Source: an uncultured Planctomycetota bacterium
GTDB lineage: Bacteria; Planctomycetota; Planctomycetia; Isosphaerales; Isosphaeraceae
Length of the DNA stretch: 64,000 nt
Assembly: GCA_963823665.1 (NCBI GenBank)
Contig: CAWGMQ010000011.1
Location: 800,001-864,000, forward strand
Direction: 5' to 3'
Shown: positions 9,808 through 21,265 of the stretch, piece after piece
Position numbering within the stretch: position 1 is the first letter of the stretch
Layout: the number at the start of each line of letters is the position of its first letter
The notes under the pieces: model-generated
Databases searched by the model: none
What the model saw: only the letters and a program-made list of their open reading frames with translations
Told to the model about the DNA's origin: nothing
Position numbers and translations under genes: made by a program

Positions 9808-11232
9808 ATGAGCCGCGCCGTCCGCTTTAGTTTGACCGTGGTTGCCTTCATTTCGTGCTTCGCAGCGGCACCGGCCGTCGCGGCTGATGCTCAGGGCGCG
9901 GTGCCGGAACAGGTTCGAGGCGCGTATCGGTTTGAGAAAGGCGGCTGGATTTATGTCCATCTCGAGGGCTCGCCGATGCAGGTTGGTTATCAGCATGGCT
10001 GGCTGCTTTCCGCAGAAATCGAAGATTTCCTCAGAGTGATCAAGCCCTTCCTCGAAAAAACGACCAGACGTGACTGGGCCTTTTACCGCGAGGCATCGGA
10101 GAAGATGCTCTGGCCTGCAATTGACGCGGAGTATCGCGCCGAGATCGACGGCATCGTGGCGGGGCTCGCGGCCAAGGGCGTGAAGGCCGATCGATGGGAC
10201 CTGGTTGCCTTGAGCGCCAATCAAGAGCTGCCGTACTACTATGTGCCGTGGGTGGACAAAAAGGATGGAAAAAAGCCGGTCACGCACGCACCGGGCAATT
10301 GCAGCGCATTTGTCGCCACCGGAAGCTACACCAAGGACGGCCGGATCGTCATGGGCCACAACGCGTGGACCAATTATGTAATTGGCTCGCGCTGGAACAT
10401 CGTCTTTGACATCAAGCCCGAGCACGGCTCGCGCATGCTCATGGACGGCCTACCGGGCGTGATCGCCAGCGACGACGATTTCGGCGTCAACTCCGATGGG
10501 ATCCTGGTCACCGAAACCACGATCACCCAGTTCGAGGGCTGGGATCCCGACGCCAAGCCCGAGTTCGTCCGCGCGCGCAAGGCGCTCCAGTACAGCAAAT
10601 CGATTGACGACTTCGTCCGCATCATGCTCGACGGCAACAACGGAGGCTACGCCAACGACTGGCTGATCGGCGACAACAAGACCGGTGAGATCGCGCTCCT
10701 TGAGCTTGGTCTCAAGAACCACTTCGTCAAGCGAACGAAAGACGGCTGCTACTTCGGCTCGAACTTCCCGGTGACCGAGGTGCTAACTCGCGAAGAAACC
10801 AAGTTCGACCCGACAAAGAAAGATTCATCGCCCAACGCGCGCAAGGCACGCTGGCAGGAGCTTATCGACCAGCACAAGGGCAAGATCGACCTCGAATTAG
10901 CCAAGTCGTTTGAGACCGATTCCTTCGACGCATATGCGAAGACAAGCGGCACGAACGAGCGAACGCTCTGCGGCCGGGTCGAGACCTCGCCCCGTGGATG
11001 CCCTGAGTGGGACTGGCCGCCCTTCTTCCCCGGCGGAACCGTTCAGTCCAAGGTCACCGACGGCACGCTCGCGGCAAAGCTGTCTTTCGTGGGCCAGGTC
11101 GGCCACGCCGGTTCCGACTTCCTGGTCGAGCCGTTTTTGAAGGAGCACAACGAATACGATTGGATGCGCGGGCTGCTCAGGGACATGAAGTGCGGAGCGT
11201 GGGTGCAGTTCCACGCGGATGCGAAGGAATAG
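9808..11232 (+). CDS. Secreted Ntn-hydrolase (phospholipase B-like / peptidase C45 family)
   Basis: Signal peptide; internal autoprocessing site GN|CSAFVATG; NNGGYANDWLIGD. Confidence 0.8.
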   Translation: MSRAVRFSLTVVAFISCFAAAPAVAADAQGAVPEQVRGAYRFEKGGWIYVHLEGSPMQVGYQHGWLLSAEIEDFLRVIKPFLEKTTRRDWAFYREASEKMLWPAIDAEYRAEIDGIVAGLAAKGVKADRWDLVALSANQELPYYYVPWVDKKDGKKPVTHAPGNCSAFVATGSYTKDGRIVMGHNAWTNYVIGSRWNIVFDIKPEHGSRMLMDGLPGVIASDDDFGVNSDGILVTETTITQFEGWDPDAKPEFVRARKALQYSKSIDDFVRIMLDGNNGGYANDWLIGDNKTGEIALLELGLKNHFVKRTKDGCYFGSNFPVTEVLTREETKFDPTKKDSSPNARKARWQELIDQHKGKIDLELAKSFETDSFDAYAKTSGTNERTLCGRVETSPRGCPEWDWPPFFPGGTVQSKVTDGTLAAKLSFVGQVGHAGSDFLVEPFLKEHNEYDWMRGLLRDMKCGAWVQFHADAKE

Positions 11233-11312
11233 CGCGAGCGATCGGTGCCGCGACGGCCACACCGTTTGGTACAATCAGACTCGGCTGTTTTCCAGCCGCC
11301 CAGGAGCTTGCC

Positions 11313-11549
11313 ATGTCCCGAGTCGCGATTGAGTTAGAGCTTCCTGACGATTTGGGTCGATTGCGCTTGCCGCGCGCGCTGAACGCCCGCCTGCAGCAAT
11401 TGCTTGATCGTCAGGATAGCGGCGTCCCTCTCAACGCGGACGAGCGGGAAGAGGGAGAAGGCCTCGTCGAAGTGGCTGAACTTCTGACTTTGCTGCGCCT
11501 TCGCTCCGAATTCGGCACGGCTACGGGAAGCCCAACGAAGCGGCGATGA
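11313..11549 (+). CDS. Small antitoxin-like hypothetical protein (orphan)
   Basis: CAGGAG RBS; LP..LNARLQQLLDRQD.G.PL...ER.E.EGLVEVAELLTLLRLR resembles small proteins usually paired with HNH genes; no partner follows. Confidence 0.6.
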   Translation: MSRVAIELELPDDLGRLRLPRALNARLQQLLDRQDSGVPLNADEREEGEGLVEVAELLTLLRLRSEFGTATGSPTKRR

Positions 11550-11634
11550 AGGATACGCCGGAACGATTGCGGGGCTAAATGGCTTTTCGTAATTCCGGGA
11601 CGGCGATTCGCCCGGCGCGGAGCATTGACAGTAC

Positions 11635-11714
11635 CCAGTGCCACCCGAAGACCTTCGGTCTGGCAGAGGGCGGGGTCTGGAAACCCGCGCCCAACGAGAT
11701 TGCCAGTGCCACCC
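11635..11714. repeat. Composite REP-like cluster
   Basis: CCAGTGCCACCC at 11635-11646 and 11703-11714 (third copy at 53591-53602) flank an imperfect hairpin GGCGGGGTCTGGAAACCCGCGCC. Confidence 0.55.
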
Positions 11715-11743
11715 ACCGCAGCCGCATGATCGTGCGATGCGTT

Positions 11744-14700
11744 TCAGCCCCCGGCCTTCTCCGCCGGCACCACCAGATCCGGCACCTCAACCGTTTCGAG
11801 CCCGTCGACATCAAAAGGCATGACGGTACGGGCCCGGGTCAGGCGGCCCCGCGCGTCCTTCATGTGCGGCGCCGATAGCTCGCCTTCCGACGCGGGGGGC
11901 ACGCACGGGAATGTGAAGCGCCCCTGGTCGTCGCACATGAAGGTGACGCCGAATCGGGTCACGCTGTCGTTCTGCGGACTGAGCCGCATCCCGACCCGGT
12001 GCTTCGCTTGGGGCTTGCCGTCCGTGTCGATGATGCGGCCGGTGATCTTCGCCCCTTTCGAGATCACCAGCTTTGCATTCGCCTGTTCCGCGGAAACGGC
12101 CGTGAAGCCGCCGAGCCCCTGTTCCTGGCTGTATGCGAAGACGACGATCGGGCCCGGCTTGCGCCGAACCTCGAATCGTCCCTGATCGTCGGCCGTCGTT
12201 GACGGCCCCAATGATGAGATCACAACCCGCGCCTTGGCGACGGGGCGCTCTCGCGTCGGTGAATTCTCGATGACCACACCCTTGAAGGTCGTCTCACGCG
12301 GCGACATCGTGAGGCTCAGGTCGCGCACGACCGCGGTCTCATCCGTCACGTCCACTTTCACGGACTCGGTTCTCTGGAGCTGTTTACCACTTGTAACCGT
12401 ATAGCTCCCCGGGCCGATCCGGAACTGGAAGCGGCCCTGGGCGTCGGCCGTGACTGTGCCTCGCACGAGCTCACCTTTGTCCGCGAGCACGCCACGGAAT
12501 TCCTTGGGCAGCAGCCCCCCCTGCTCGAGTAGCATCACCATTGCGCCCGCAGACGGCCGATGGCCGGGCTCCTCGGTGACCTGGCCGCGCAGGACTGTTC
12601 CTTTGATGAGGGCGAAGTCGAGCCCGTCTTGCGCTTGGCCCTCTCGTACCGCGATGTTCTTGAGGCTTCGCGCAGCCCAGTTGTCGTCGACCACTGCGAC
12701 CATGTACGCTTGCTCGGGCTGAACGTCGAGCTCATAGCGGCCGTTTTCAGCAGTTCGAGCGGCGACCATTGGCCGCGGCGATGTGTCCGAGCCCCAGCCA
12801 TTGGCCCGAACCAGAATTTGCCGCGCCGGGCTCCCATCAGGCAGCCGCACCGTGCCGCTGACACGCGTGGCACGCAGCGCCCGGGCCGTCAATTCGGTGG
12901 GACCTCCTGGAGAATACTCGAGCGGATCGGGACAGGAGTAACCCGCCCGCGGATTGATCGAGAACCGCGTGGTTACACTTGCTCCTTTTGGGAACCAGTC
13001 AAAAATCGCGATTCCGCGCCGTCGGTAACAGCGCGCAAAGTCGTGCACAGCCTGGCGTCAAGGCCGCCTTTCTTACCCGTCGCGAACAGAAGGGCCGGTT
13101 TGATCCCGACGCCCGCCACCCCCTGCCCTCTTGAATCGGCCGTTTTGATCCGCACCGTCGGCGCCGCTTCGAGCGTGAGAATTACCTCCTCGGGTGGCGG
13201 ACCACTCGCATCGGACGCTGCCTTGTCGTAATTCTCGAAGTAGTCGAGACCGGCCCCGGAGCGAAACGCGAGCACCCACCACACGTGCGCATCGGCGGGA
13301 ATGCGCAGCGTCGCGATGCCGTCGGCGCCGGCAGTAGTATGGGTGCGGAACAACCTTTCAGCCGCTTCGACCGTCGCACCCGGCGCCGGCGCACCAGCGG
13401 CATCCTTGACGCGCACCCTCACCGCCCGGCTCGGCTTGAGCACGATCCGCGCGGCCTCCTTGCTCCGCTGTGAATGCCTGCGGTCGAATGACGCGTCGAG
13501 CCCCATGCGAGATCCGCCATCGGCTTCGGCCATGAGGCCCACCAGTCCGCTCGGGCTGACCGTCTTCAAGGTGAACCGAAACGTTCCGTCGGCGGCGGTG
13601 GTCACTTCGATGTTCGCCGGTCCATCGAACACCGGCATCGTGCGTACCAGGGCGCCGCCAACCGGCCGGCCCTGATCGTCAACCACGGCCCCCTCGACGT
13701 TCCAGAAGTCGGCATTAGGGGCCGCAATCTGCGGCGGATTGGCCTGTGTGCGCGTCGCTTCCGCGGCGGCAGCGGAGCGGCCGACGCGGATCGATGCGAC
13801 GGATAACCCCGTCACCGCCAGAGCAACTGCCAGGCCGCTCTTCACTCCGAGACTCGTGCGTGTCATGGGGATTCTCCTCGGGTCGAGAAGCCCGGCGACC
13901 CGGTCGGCCAGCGTCCACCGGGTCGCGAGTAAACCAAGTCCTGCGGGTGCGAAAGCGGAAGAATGGCACAGCGGAGTCATCTCGAGCAGCGTGCGTGCGT
14001 AGCCGCAGGGGTCGCCGCAGCGTAGCACGTGGTTGTCGCAGACCTCCTCGCGGGCGCGAGAGAGCTGGCGGTTGACGTAGTAAACGAATGGATCGGGCCA
14101 GAAGAGTGTGCCCGCGAGGCGCTGGAGCAGCCCCACCCATGCGTCGCGTCGCACCACGTGGGCGCACTCGTGCACGAGCACGTCACACAGTGAGCGCTCG
14201 GAGATCGATTCGGCCAATCCCGCGGGCAACACGACGCGAGGCCGTAGAAGACCGGCCACGATCGGCCCGCGCACGCTCGTCGACGTCACGATCGGCGGCA
14301 TTTCGGCAATGCCCATGAGCACGCGCGCTCGTTCCACCGCCGCACCAAAGCGCGCCGGTTCGAGCGGCTGCGCCTCGCGGCAAAGCAGCGTCAGCCGCCG
14401 CCAACCCACGACAACGCGCGCGAGGCCGACAAGCATTCCCGCTAACCAGAGCAAGGCCAGGCCGCCAATGATGGGATTCCCCCGCGGAACGACTTGCACC
14501 GATCTCGCGGTCGTTTTCACATCGACCGGCTGCGTCTCGGACCCCGCACGCACTTCGGCTTCGCCAATCGTCTGGTGCGTGATGAACTTCTCGGTCACCA
14601 GCCCGGAATCGACCACAGCAGGCGTGTCGATCGTGTCATCGGTGACGACCAACGTCATTGGGGCCGCCGGCAACGGCACCGCCATGGTCGCGAGCGCAAA

Positions 14701-14913
14701 ACGGGAACGTTGCAGAAGAGCGGCGATGACGGGGCTCGAACACACCCACAAGAGCACGCCGAGCCAGAGCGCGTGCCGCACGTCGGCGCGCCGTCTCAGC
14801 GCGGCGTGAGCGATCAGTGCAAAAAACGCGATCACAACCGACGATTGCAACACCGCGCCCACAATCACCCGCGCGACCGCCTGCCCCGGGTCAAGCTGCA
14901 CCAGCAGGCTCAT
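11744..14913 (-). CDS. BlaR1/MecR1-like peptidase M56 with carboxypeptidase-regulatory-like beta-sandwich repeats; one frameshift (~13015)
   Basis: HECAHVVRRD zinc motif, REEVCD; repeated G.VVD..G.P / T..DG.F units; joins ORFs 12973-14913 and 11744-13048. Confidence 0.85.
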
Positions 14914-15302
14914 GATTTCTTGTCCTCCGCGCGATCAATCATCTTCTTGATCTTGCGAGCTTCGTCCTTCGAGATGCCGCGGTCGTGCAGAAGCGCCATG
15001 AACAGCCCTTCGGCCGATCCGCCGAAGGCCGTGTCAACCAAGCGGCGCACGACCAAGCCCAGAGTAGCCTCACGCGGCATCGCCGCCCGGTAGCGGAAGG
15101 CGTGGCCCTCTTCGTCGCAGCAGAGCCACCCCTTTTCTTCGAGCCTCGTGACCATCGTGAGCACCGTGCTCCGGGCGAGATTCCGCCGGGCCGAGAGCAC
15201 CCTCCAGACGTCCGCAACCGTCGCCTCTCCCCGGTCCCAGACGACGTTCATGATCTCCATCTGCGCATCCGACAACGGCGGCAACGCATCATGCCCGGTC
15301 AT
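14910..15302 (-). CDS. BlaI/MecI/CopY family repressor
   Basis: LSDAQMEIMNVVW..GEATV, STVLTMVTRLEEKG, LVDTAFGGS; 4-bp overlap with the M56 gene. Confidence 0.92.
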   Translation of the reverse strand: MTGHDALPPLSDAQMEIMNVVWDRGEATVADVWRVLSARRNLARSTVLTMVTRLEEKGWLCCDEEGHAFRYRAAMPREATLGLVVRRLVDTAFGGSAEGLFMALLHDRGISKDEARKIKKMIDRAEDKKS

Positions 15303-15325
15303 GAAGCGATCTCCAAGATCCGCGA

Positions 15326-15366
15326 TTGACTACACGTGTCGCTATCGTAGCGACACGTGTAGTCAA
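15326..15366. promoter_or_regulatory. Tandem BlaI-type operator within a perfect 19-bp-arm palindrome
   Basis: TTGACTACACGTGTCGCTA-TCG-TAGCGACACGTGTAGTCAA, 24 bp upstream of the repressor start; each arm carries a one-mismatch TACA-NN-TGTA box. Confidence 0.8.
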
Positions 15367-17582
15367 ATGCAAGGGGATGCCGGGCCGGGAGCCTGATACC
15401 AATCCGACGCGTCAGTTTTCATTTTGCGGCTCGTTCGCGCCCCAGCCGGTTCCACCCCCAGCGCCTTCACGAGAAACGCCCAGGTATCGGCATTCTCGTC
15501 AATGAGCTTGGCGGTGGGCTTGCCGGCGCCGTGGCCGGCCTGGGTGTCGATGCGGATCAGCACCGGGTTGGTGCATGACTGAGCCGCCTGGAGCGCCGCC
15601 GCGAACTTGAAGCTATGGCCCGGCACCACGCGGTCGTCGTGATCGCCGGTGGTGATCAAGGTCGGCGGGTAGCATGTCCCCGGCTTGATGTTGTGCAGCG
15701 GGCTATACGCCAGGAGCGCCTTGAACAGCTCGGGATCGTCGGAGGAGCCGTAGTCGTCGGTCCAGGACCAGCCGATCGTGAACTTGTGGAAGCGAAGCAT
15801 GTCCATCACGCCGACTGCCGGCAGCGTGGCGCCGAAGAGCTCGGGCCGCTGTGTCAAGCAGGCCCCGACCAGGAGCCCGCCGTTGGACCGCCCCGAGATT
15901 GCCAGCTTCGTTTTCGACGTGTAGCCGCGCGAAATCAGCCATTCAGCCGCGGCGATGAAGTCGTCGAACACATTCTGCTTCAGCAGCTTGGTTCCCGAGC
16001 GGTGCCAGGCCTCGCCGTATTCTCCGCCGCCGCGCAGGCTCGGCTGAGCGTAAAGGCCTCCCATTTCCAGCCAGGCCATCACGCCCGGGCTGAAGTTCGG
16101 AGTGAGCGAGATATTGAACCCGCCGTAACCGAAGAGCAGCGTGGCAGCGTTGCCCTCCGGCTTGAGCCCTTTCTTGTGGCTCAAGAACATCGGGATCTTT
16201 GTCCCGTCCTTGCTTGGATAGAACACCTGCGTGGTCTCGTAGTCCTGCGGGTTGAAGCTCAGCTTCGGCTGACGCCAGAGCGTGCTCGCCCCGTTGGCCA
16301 CGTCATACCGATAGATGGAAGGCGGCGCCGTGAAGGATGAAAATGCGTAGAACGTATCCCCATCGCGGCGCTTCCCCTCGAAGCCGGTGGCGGTGCCGAG
16401 GCCTGGCAGGTCCACGTCGCGCAGGTACCTCCCATCCAGGTCGAACACCCGGACGACGGTATGCGCGTCTTTCAGATAGATGGCCAGGAAGTGACCGGCG
16501 ACCACGTCGACGTGCTGGAGGGTCTCGGCCTGCTCTGGAACGAGCTGTGCCCAGTTCTCCGGCGCAGGTCTCCGGATATCGATCGCGACGACCCGGCCCT
16601 TTGGAGCGTTCTTGTCCGTGCGAAACCAGAAGACCGGTCCGTCGTTGTCGATGAACGTCCAATCCGCGTCGAGATCTCCCACCAGGTGCACTGGTTTCTG
16701 TTCGGCCTCCTCGAACGGGCGATAAAGAACCCGGTACTTGTTGTCGGTTCCCTTCGCGATCGTCAGAATCAAATAACGCCCGTCGTCGGTGACCTTCGGA
16801 TGTGCTCGCCATTCCTTGTGCTCGGGATCTTCCCAGACGAGCTTGTCCTCCTGCTGCGCGGTGCCCAGGCGGTGATAGTAGACCCTCTGCTCGTAGTTCG
16901 CGCCCTTCATGTCCTGCCCCGGCGTCGGCTCGGGGAACCGTCCGTAAAAGAACCCTCCGCTGTCCGGGCTCCACTCCGCGTGGGAGAATTTGATCCACTT
17001 GAGCCGGTCGGACAAGTCCTTTCCCGAAGCCAGGTCGTGAACCTGCCAGACATTCCAGTCCGAGCCGGCCTGGGCAATCCCATAAGCGACATAACGCCCA
17101 TCGTGGCTGATGTCGGTGCCCGCCAGCGCGACCGTGCCGTCGGCCGAAAGCGCGTTCGGGTCGATGACCACCGCCGCCTCGCCGTCGAGCGATGCGCTCG
17201 TGTAGAGCACGCTTTGATTCTGAAGGCCTTTGTTGTAGGTGAAGAAGTACCGCCCCCCTTCGCGTTCGGGCGGCGCATACTTCTCGAAATCCCACAGCTC
17301 GGTCAACCGCCGCTTGATTGCCGCGCGCTCGGGTATTGATTCGAGAAATGCCGTTGTCTCTCGATTTTCGGCCTCGATCCACGCCCGCGTCGCCGGCGAA
17401 TCCGGATCTTCGAGCGGACGGAACCGGTCGACCACCTTCGTGCCGTGGTAGATGTCCACGGTCTCGGAATGCGGCGCTTCCGGATACTTGCCCGGGCCTG
17501 GTGCGTCTTCACGCTCCGCCCTGACGACCGCCAGGCACCACAGCCCCGCCACGAACGCCGACGCGAATGATACCTGCGACAT
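15363..17582 (-). CDS. Prolyl oligopeptidase (S9A), secreted
   Basis: YGYGGF, RGGGEYGEAWH, KQNVFDDF, GRSNGG (Ser), DHDDRV (Asp), AGHG (His). Confidence 0.93.
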   Translation of the reverse strand: MSQVSFASAFVAGLWCLAVVRAEREDAPGPGKYPEAPHSETVDIYHGTKVVDRFRPLEDPDSPATRAWIEAENRETTAFLESIPERAAIKRRLTELWDFEKYAPPEREGGRYFFTYNKGLQNQSVLYTSASLDGEAAVVIDPNALSADGTVALAGTDISHDGRYVAYGIAQAGSDWNVWQVHDLASGKDLSDRLKWIKFSHAEWSPDSGGFFYGRFPEPTPGQDMKGANYEQRVYYHRLGTAQQEDKLVWEDPEHKEWRAHPKVTDDGRYLILTIAKGTDNKYRVLYRPFEEAEQKPVHLVGDLDADWTFIDNDGPVFWFRTDKNAPKGRVVAIDIRRPAPENWAQLVPEQAETLQHVDVVAGHFLAIYLKDAHTVVRVFDLDGRYLRDVDLPGLGTATGFEGKRRDGDTFYAFSSFTAPPSIYRYDVANGASTLWRQPKLSFNPQDYETTQVFYPSKDGTKIPMFLSHKKGLKPEGNAATLLFGYGGFNISLTPNFSPGVMAWLEMGGLYAQPSLRGGGEYGEAWHRSGTKLLKQNVFDDFIAAAEWLISRGYTSKTKLAISGRSNGGLLVGACLTQRPELFGATLPAVGVMDMLRFHKFTIGWSWTDDYGSSDDPELFKALLAYSPLHNIKPGTCYPPTLITTGDHDDRVVPGHSFKFAAALQAAQSCTNPVLIRIDTQAGHGAGKPTAKLIDENADTWAFLVKALGVEPAGARTSRKMKTDASDWYQAPGPASPCI

Positions 17583-17599
17583 CGCGCTGTGCTCCTACT

Positions 17600-19388
17600 C
17601 TAGGAAGTCCATTTACGAAGTGCCGCAAGGGCGGTCGCCGTCGTCAAGCGATCGTCGTTGCGGCCGAGCCCGCGGAGTGAATCGTCGAATCGGTGGAAGG
17701 CCATTTTCATGTAAAGCTCGGCGGCGGTCTCGTCAAGTGACGTCGCAGAGCCCTGCACAAGCGAGTGGTCCCAGCGCGAGAGTGTACACGCCGAAGTGAC
17801 AAGTGCAATCGCGGCGTCCGCGATTCGCTCCTGGTCGTATTGGCGGTCCAGGAACGCCTCGCGGTGAGTGATCAAGAGCCGCTCAACCGTCCACCCGAAC
17901 CGCGAGACCCGGCGGGCGAGCGCATCCGCAATCGGCCGGAGCATCGGCGAGCTCACCGGCACCGCGGGTGACCGCACCAGTTGGCCCAGGTGCGATCCGC
18001 CGAATTTCCAGAGCGTCGGTAGAAACGAGCCCGGCTTCTTGAAGCCATCGAGCGTGCTCTTGAGTCCTGTGCCGATGTCGCGCATCCCCACCAGGGCAAT
18101 GAAGGCCTTCAAGACCTCATTGGCTCCTTCACCGATCGTGTTGATCCGCGCGTCTCGGGTCATTCGCTCGTAAGGCTCGTTGCTGAAATAGCCCTGACCG
18201 CCGAAGACCTGGAGCGTCTCGTACACACCCTGCCAGAGTGCCTCGGTGGTGAAGACCTTGAGAATCGCCGTCTCCAGCATGTAATCTTCGGCGCCGGTGT
18301 CGATCAAGGCGGCGGTCTGGTACGTGGTCGCCTCCATGGCGTACGCGGTCGCCGCCAGGTAGGCGATCTTCTTCTTGATCAGCTCGAGCTCGGCCAGCGG
18401 CCGTCCGAACTGGTGGCGGCCCGCGGCGTGCTTGGTCGCGGCGGCAAGGATCACCTTGGCGAGCCCGGTGCAGCTCGCGCCGAAAGTTGTGCGGCCGAAG
18501 TCCAGAACCGTCAGCGCCAGCTTGAGCCCCTTGCCGAGCTCGCCGAGAATGTTGGCCGCCGGCACCCGCATGTCGTGGAATGCCAGCCGTGCCGTCGCTG
18601 TGCCGCGGATACCCATTTTGGGCATCCGCGCTTCCACCACTTCGAATCCGGGCATATCCGGCGTGACCAGAAAGGCCGTGACCTTGGACTTGCCGCCCGT
18701 CGGGTCCGGCGTGCGGGCCATGACCGTCAAGACGCCGGCAATTGCCCCGTTTGTGATGTAGCGCTTGCTCCCATTCAGGATGTAGGCTTGCCCGTCCGGT
18801 GTGGGAGTCGCCGTGGTCTGAACATTGCTGGCGTCAGACCCGGCCTGCTCTTCGGTCAGGGCGAACGCAGCCAGTTTTTCAGCGCGGATCAAAGGTGGCA
18901 GCCAGCGCGCCTTTTGCTCCGCGGTGCCGAAAAGCACGAGTGCTCTCAGGCCGATCGAATGGTGCGCGTTGACGAACACGGCGGTGGCTGCACAGTGGCC
19001 GCCGATCACTTCCATGATCCGGCAGTAGCCCATTTGCGAGAATCCGCGCCCGCCGAGCTCCGGAGGTGCCGCCATTCCCATGACGCCCAGCTCGGCCAGG
19101 CCGTCGATCACCGAGCGAGGAATGTCGGCATCGCGATCGATCGCCGCCGCGTCGATGTGCGTATCTGCGAAAGCGCGCACGCGCCGCCACCGCTTCCTCG
19201 ACCACGGGTTGCTCGCTCGCCTTCAGCTCGGGATACGGGAAAATCGCCTTGCCGCGAAACTCGCCGCGGAAGATCGCCTTCGCGAACCCAGCCCGTGACT
19301 CACCCGAAAACAGCAGCTCCTCGGCCTGCTCGAGCTGTTCGGCTCTGAGCGCGCTTGCAGAATCCTGAACCGGGGACGATACCGCCAT
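17600..19388 (-). CDS. Acyl-CoA dehydrogenase (VLCAD/ACAD9-like length); one frameshift (~19182)
   Basis: AFALTEEQAGSDA, LNGSKRYITNG, KMGIRG, R.QFGRPL, RDARINTIGEGANEV; N-terminus lies in ORF 18879-19388. Confidence 0.9.
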
Positions 19389-19422
19389 GACGAAGATCTC
19401 CTTGATTCCACACGGAATTCGA

Positions 19423-19857
19423 TCAAGGCGCCTTTCCTTGATCCGTTTGGGGTGCAGGGTCCGGTGCAGCGGGGCGCCCCTCTCGCCGCGTCAGACTCGC
19501 CAGCCCGGCGTCTTTGCCGATCCAGAACGCGATGGCGGCCCCGAGCAGAATCATCAACAAGTAGACTTGATTCACGCTCTTGAGGTCCTGGAGGTATTCC
19601 CAGAACGTCTTGGTCGTGAGGTTCGTATACCAATCCGCGAAGAAGCCCAGCACCAGCCCCGCGATGCCGCAGACCACACCTCGGGCGTAGGACTGATGCC
19701 GCGCGAGCAGACTGCATCCCAGCCCCAGGAACGCACCGGGGATCATGCCGCCGACCAGTCCCTTGCTCACGATCCAGGTGTACAAATAGAACCCCGCCAC
19801 GCCCCCCAGAGCCGCCCCCACCACACCCAGGAGGTTGCTGATCAGATACCGCAACAT
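19423..19857 (-). CDS. Small membrane protein (about 4 TM helices)
   Basis: Gly-rich hydrophobic helices; same strand and immediately upstream of the acyl-CoA dehydrogenase. Confidence 0.7.
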   Translation of the reverse strand: MLRYLISNLLGVVGAALGGVAGFYLYTWIVSKGLVGGMIPGAFLGLGCSLLARHQSYARGVVCGIAGLVLGFFADWYTNLTTKTFWEYLQDLKSVNQVYLLMILLGAAIAFWIGKDAGLASLTRREGRPAAPDPAPQTDQGKAP

Positions 19858-19999
19858 GCAGTTCACTCCCGTGCCCGTGGCCCATCTCGACTTCCGCCTG
19901 CCCTGATCATAACGCGAATTTTCGTTCGCAACCACGATCTACGCGCATCCGCTCGAGGCAGATTGATGGGGTGGGTCTCTGCGGCATAGCGTGCACGCG

Positions 20000-20782
20000 T
20001 CAGCATGGACCCGACGCCGCTCGCGCTCGATGCTCTTTGAGGAGTTGCTCCAGTGACGAGCCGCCCGGCAAGCTTCGTCTGCCATGGATCAGGGCCAGGT
20101 TGATGTCCTTCCAGGTCACGTCGCGCTTGGGAATGCGACCCGATCGGCTGGCCGGCCAGCGTCGGTGACGGGCGAAGTACTCATCCGCCCAGAGAAGGAT
20201 CTGCGCAATGGTCCATTTCCACTCATGTTTGTGTGGAAAGAGGATACTCTCCCCACGCCGCTCGGTGAGGAGTTGACGCAGCGACGAGCCGCCGGCAAAG
20301 CCGCGCGTGCCACGAGAAAGCGCGGTGTCGACGCCAGCCCACGACTCACCGCCGGAATTTGGAATCGCTCCGGACGGTCGGATCGGCCAGGTCCCGTGGC
20401 GAGCCCGATGGGCATCGGCCCACTCGAGGATCTGGCGAAGTCTCAGACGTGGCGGCTGTTTCTGATTTCGTTTGCAACGCGCCGCCGCGAGGAACTGGGC
20501 CAGCGTCAAACCGCCAGGCAAGCCTCGGTACCCCTTGTCAAGAGCTGCGGAGATTGCGTTCCAGTTCTCGCGTAGGTCCTCTCGAACCGTGCCCGAACGC
20601 ACCGTCGGCCATTTTCCGGTGCGAGCATGATGGGCGTCGGCCCACGCGAGAATCTGGGAATAGGAAAGCGGCGGACGCTGGATTGGCGGCCGGTGCCAGC
20701 GCTGATACGCCTTTCGGTCGAATGTCTTGTACCGGCGGCTCGCCCGGCTGGCGCCGATTGGTTCTGTCGCTTGATCTGTCAT
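20000..20782 (-). CDS. Basic protein made of three ~70-aa repeats (QIL.WAD.....WP...SG......W..I..AL..G.R.LPGG.SL.Q.L)
   Basis: Three internal repeats are visible in the translation; function unknown. Confidence 0.75.
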   Translation of the reverse strand: MTDQATEPIGASRASRRYKTFDRKAYQRWHRPPIQRPPLSYSQILAWADAHHARTGKWPTVRSGTVREDLRENWNAISAALDKGYRGLPGGLTLAQFLAAARCKRNQKQPPRLRLRQILEWADAHRARHGTWPIRPSGAIPNSGGESWAGVDTALSRGTRGFAGGSSLRQLLTERRGESILFPHKHEWKWTIAQILLWADEYFARHRRWPASRSGRIPKRDVTWKDINLALIHGRRSLPGGSSLEQLLKEHRARAASGPC

Positions 20783-21265
20783 TCGAGTTTTTCTCTTTGG
20801 TGTGATGCTGGATGAAGCTCTGTCATCGCTCCCTCCGGTACCCTGAGGTCTCGTCTGCCGGCGGTTCGGCGTGCCGGGGGCGAGTCACGGCGCTTTCTGC
20901 GGAGGGGGGCGAGATCCGCTATGTCCCCCCGGCGGGCGATGAACAGGGATGCCGGCGGCGATTCGCCAGCCCCCAGGACATGCCGGTGCGGACAAATGCA
21001 ATCGATGGGGCTGACGGCGAGCCGGAAGAGACCCGCTCAAGACGTCGCGGGATCTCGACCTGCTCTCGCCATCGCTCATCAGTAATATACAACGCCTGGG
21101 CAAAAAGGAGAAATCGAGAGAGTTTTAGCGTCGGCGGGAACTGTTCGCATCATGCGGATTCTAACGCCGAGATCGCGCTGCAATCGCTGTTGAAATCCGT
21201 ATTGCCGTGTGAACCGTCACCACACATCGTGATCGGGAGTAGGCCGCTACGTCGCGAGCGCCCCG

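Noticed and set aside
20830..21260. GC-rich intergenic stretch considered as a riboswitch or ncRNA
   Set aside because: No recognisable conserved motif; any hairpins are explainable by GC content.
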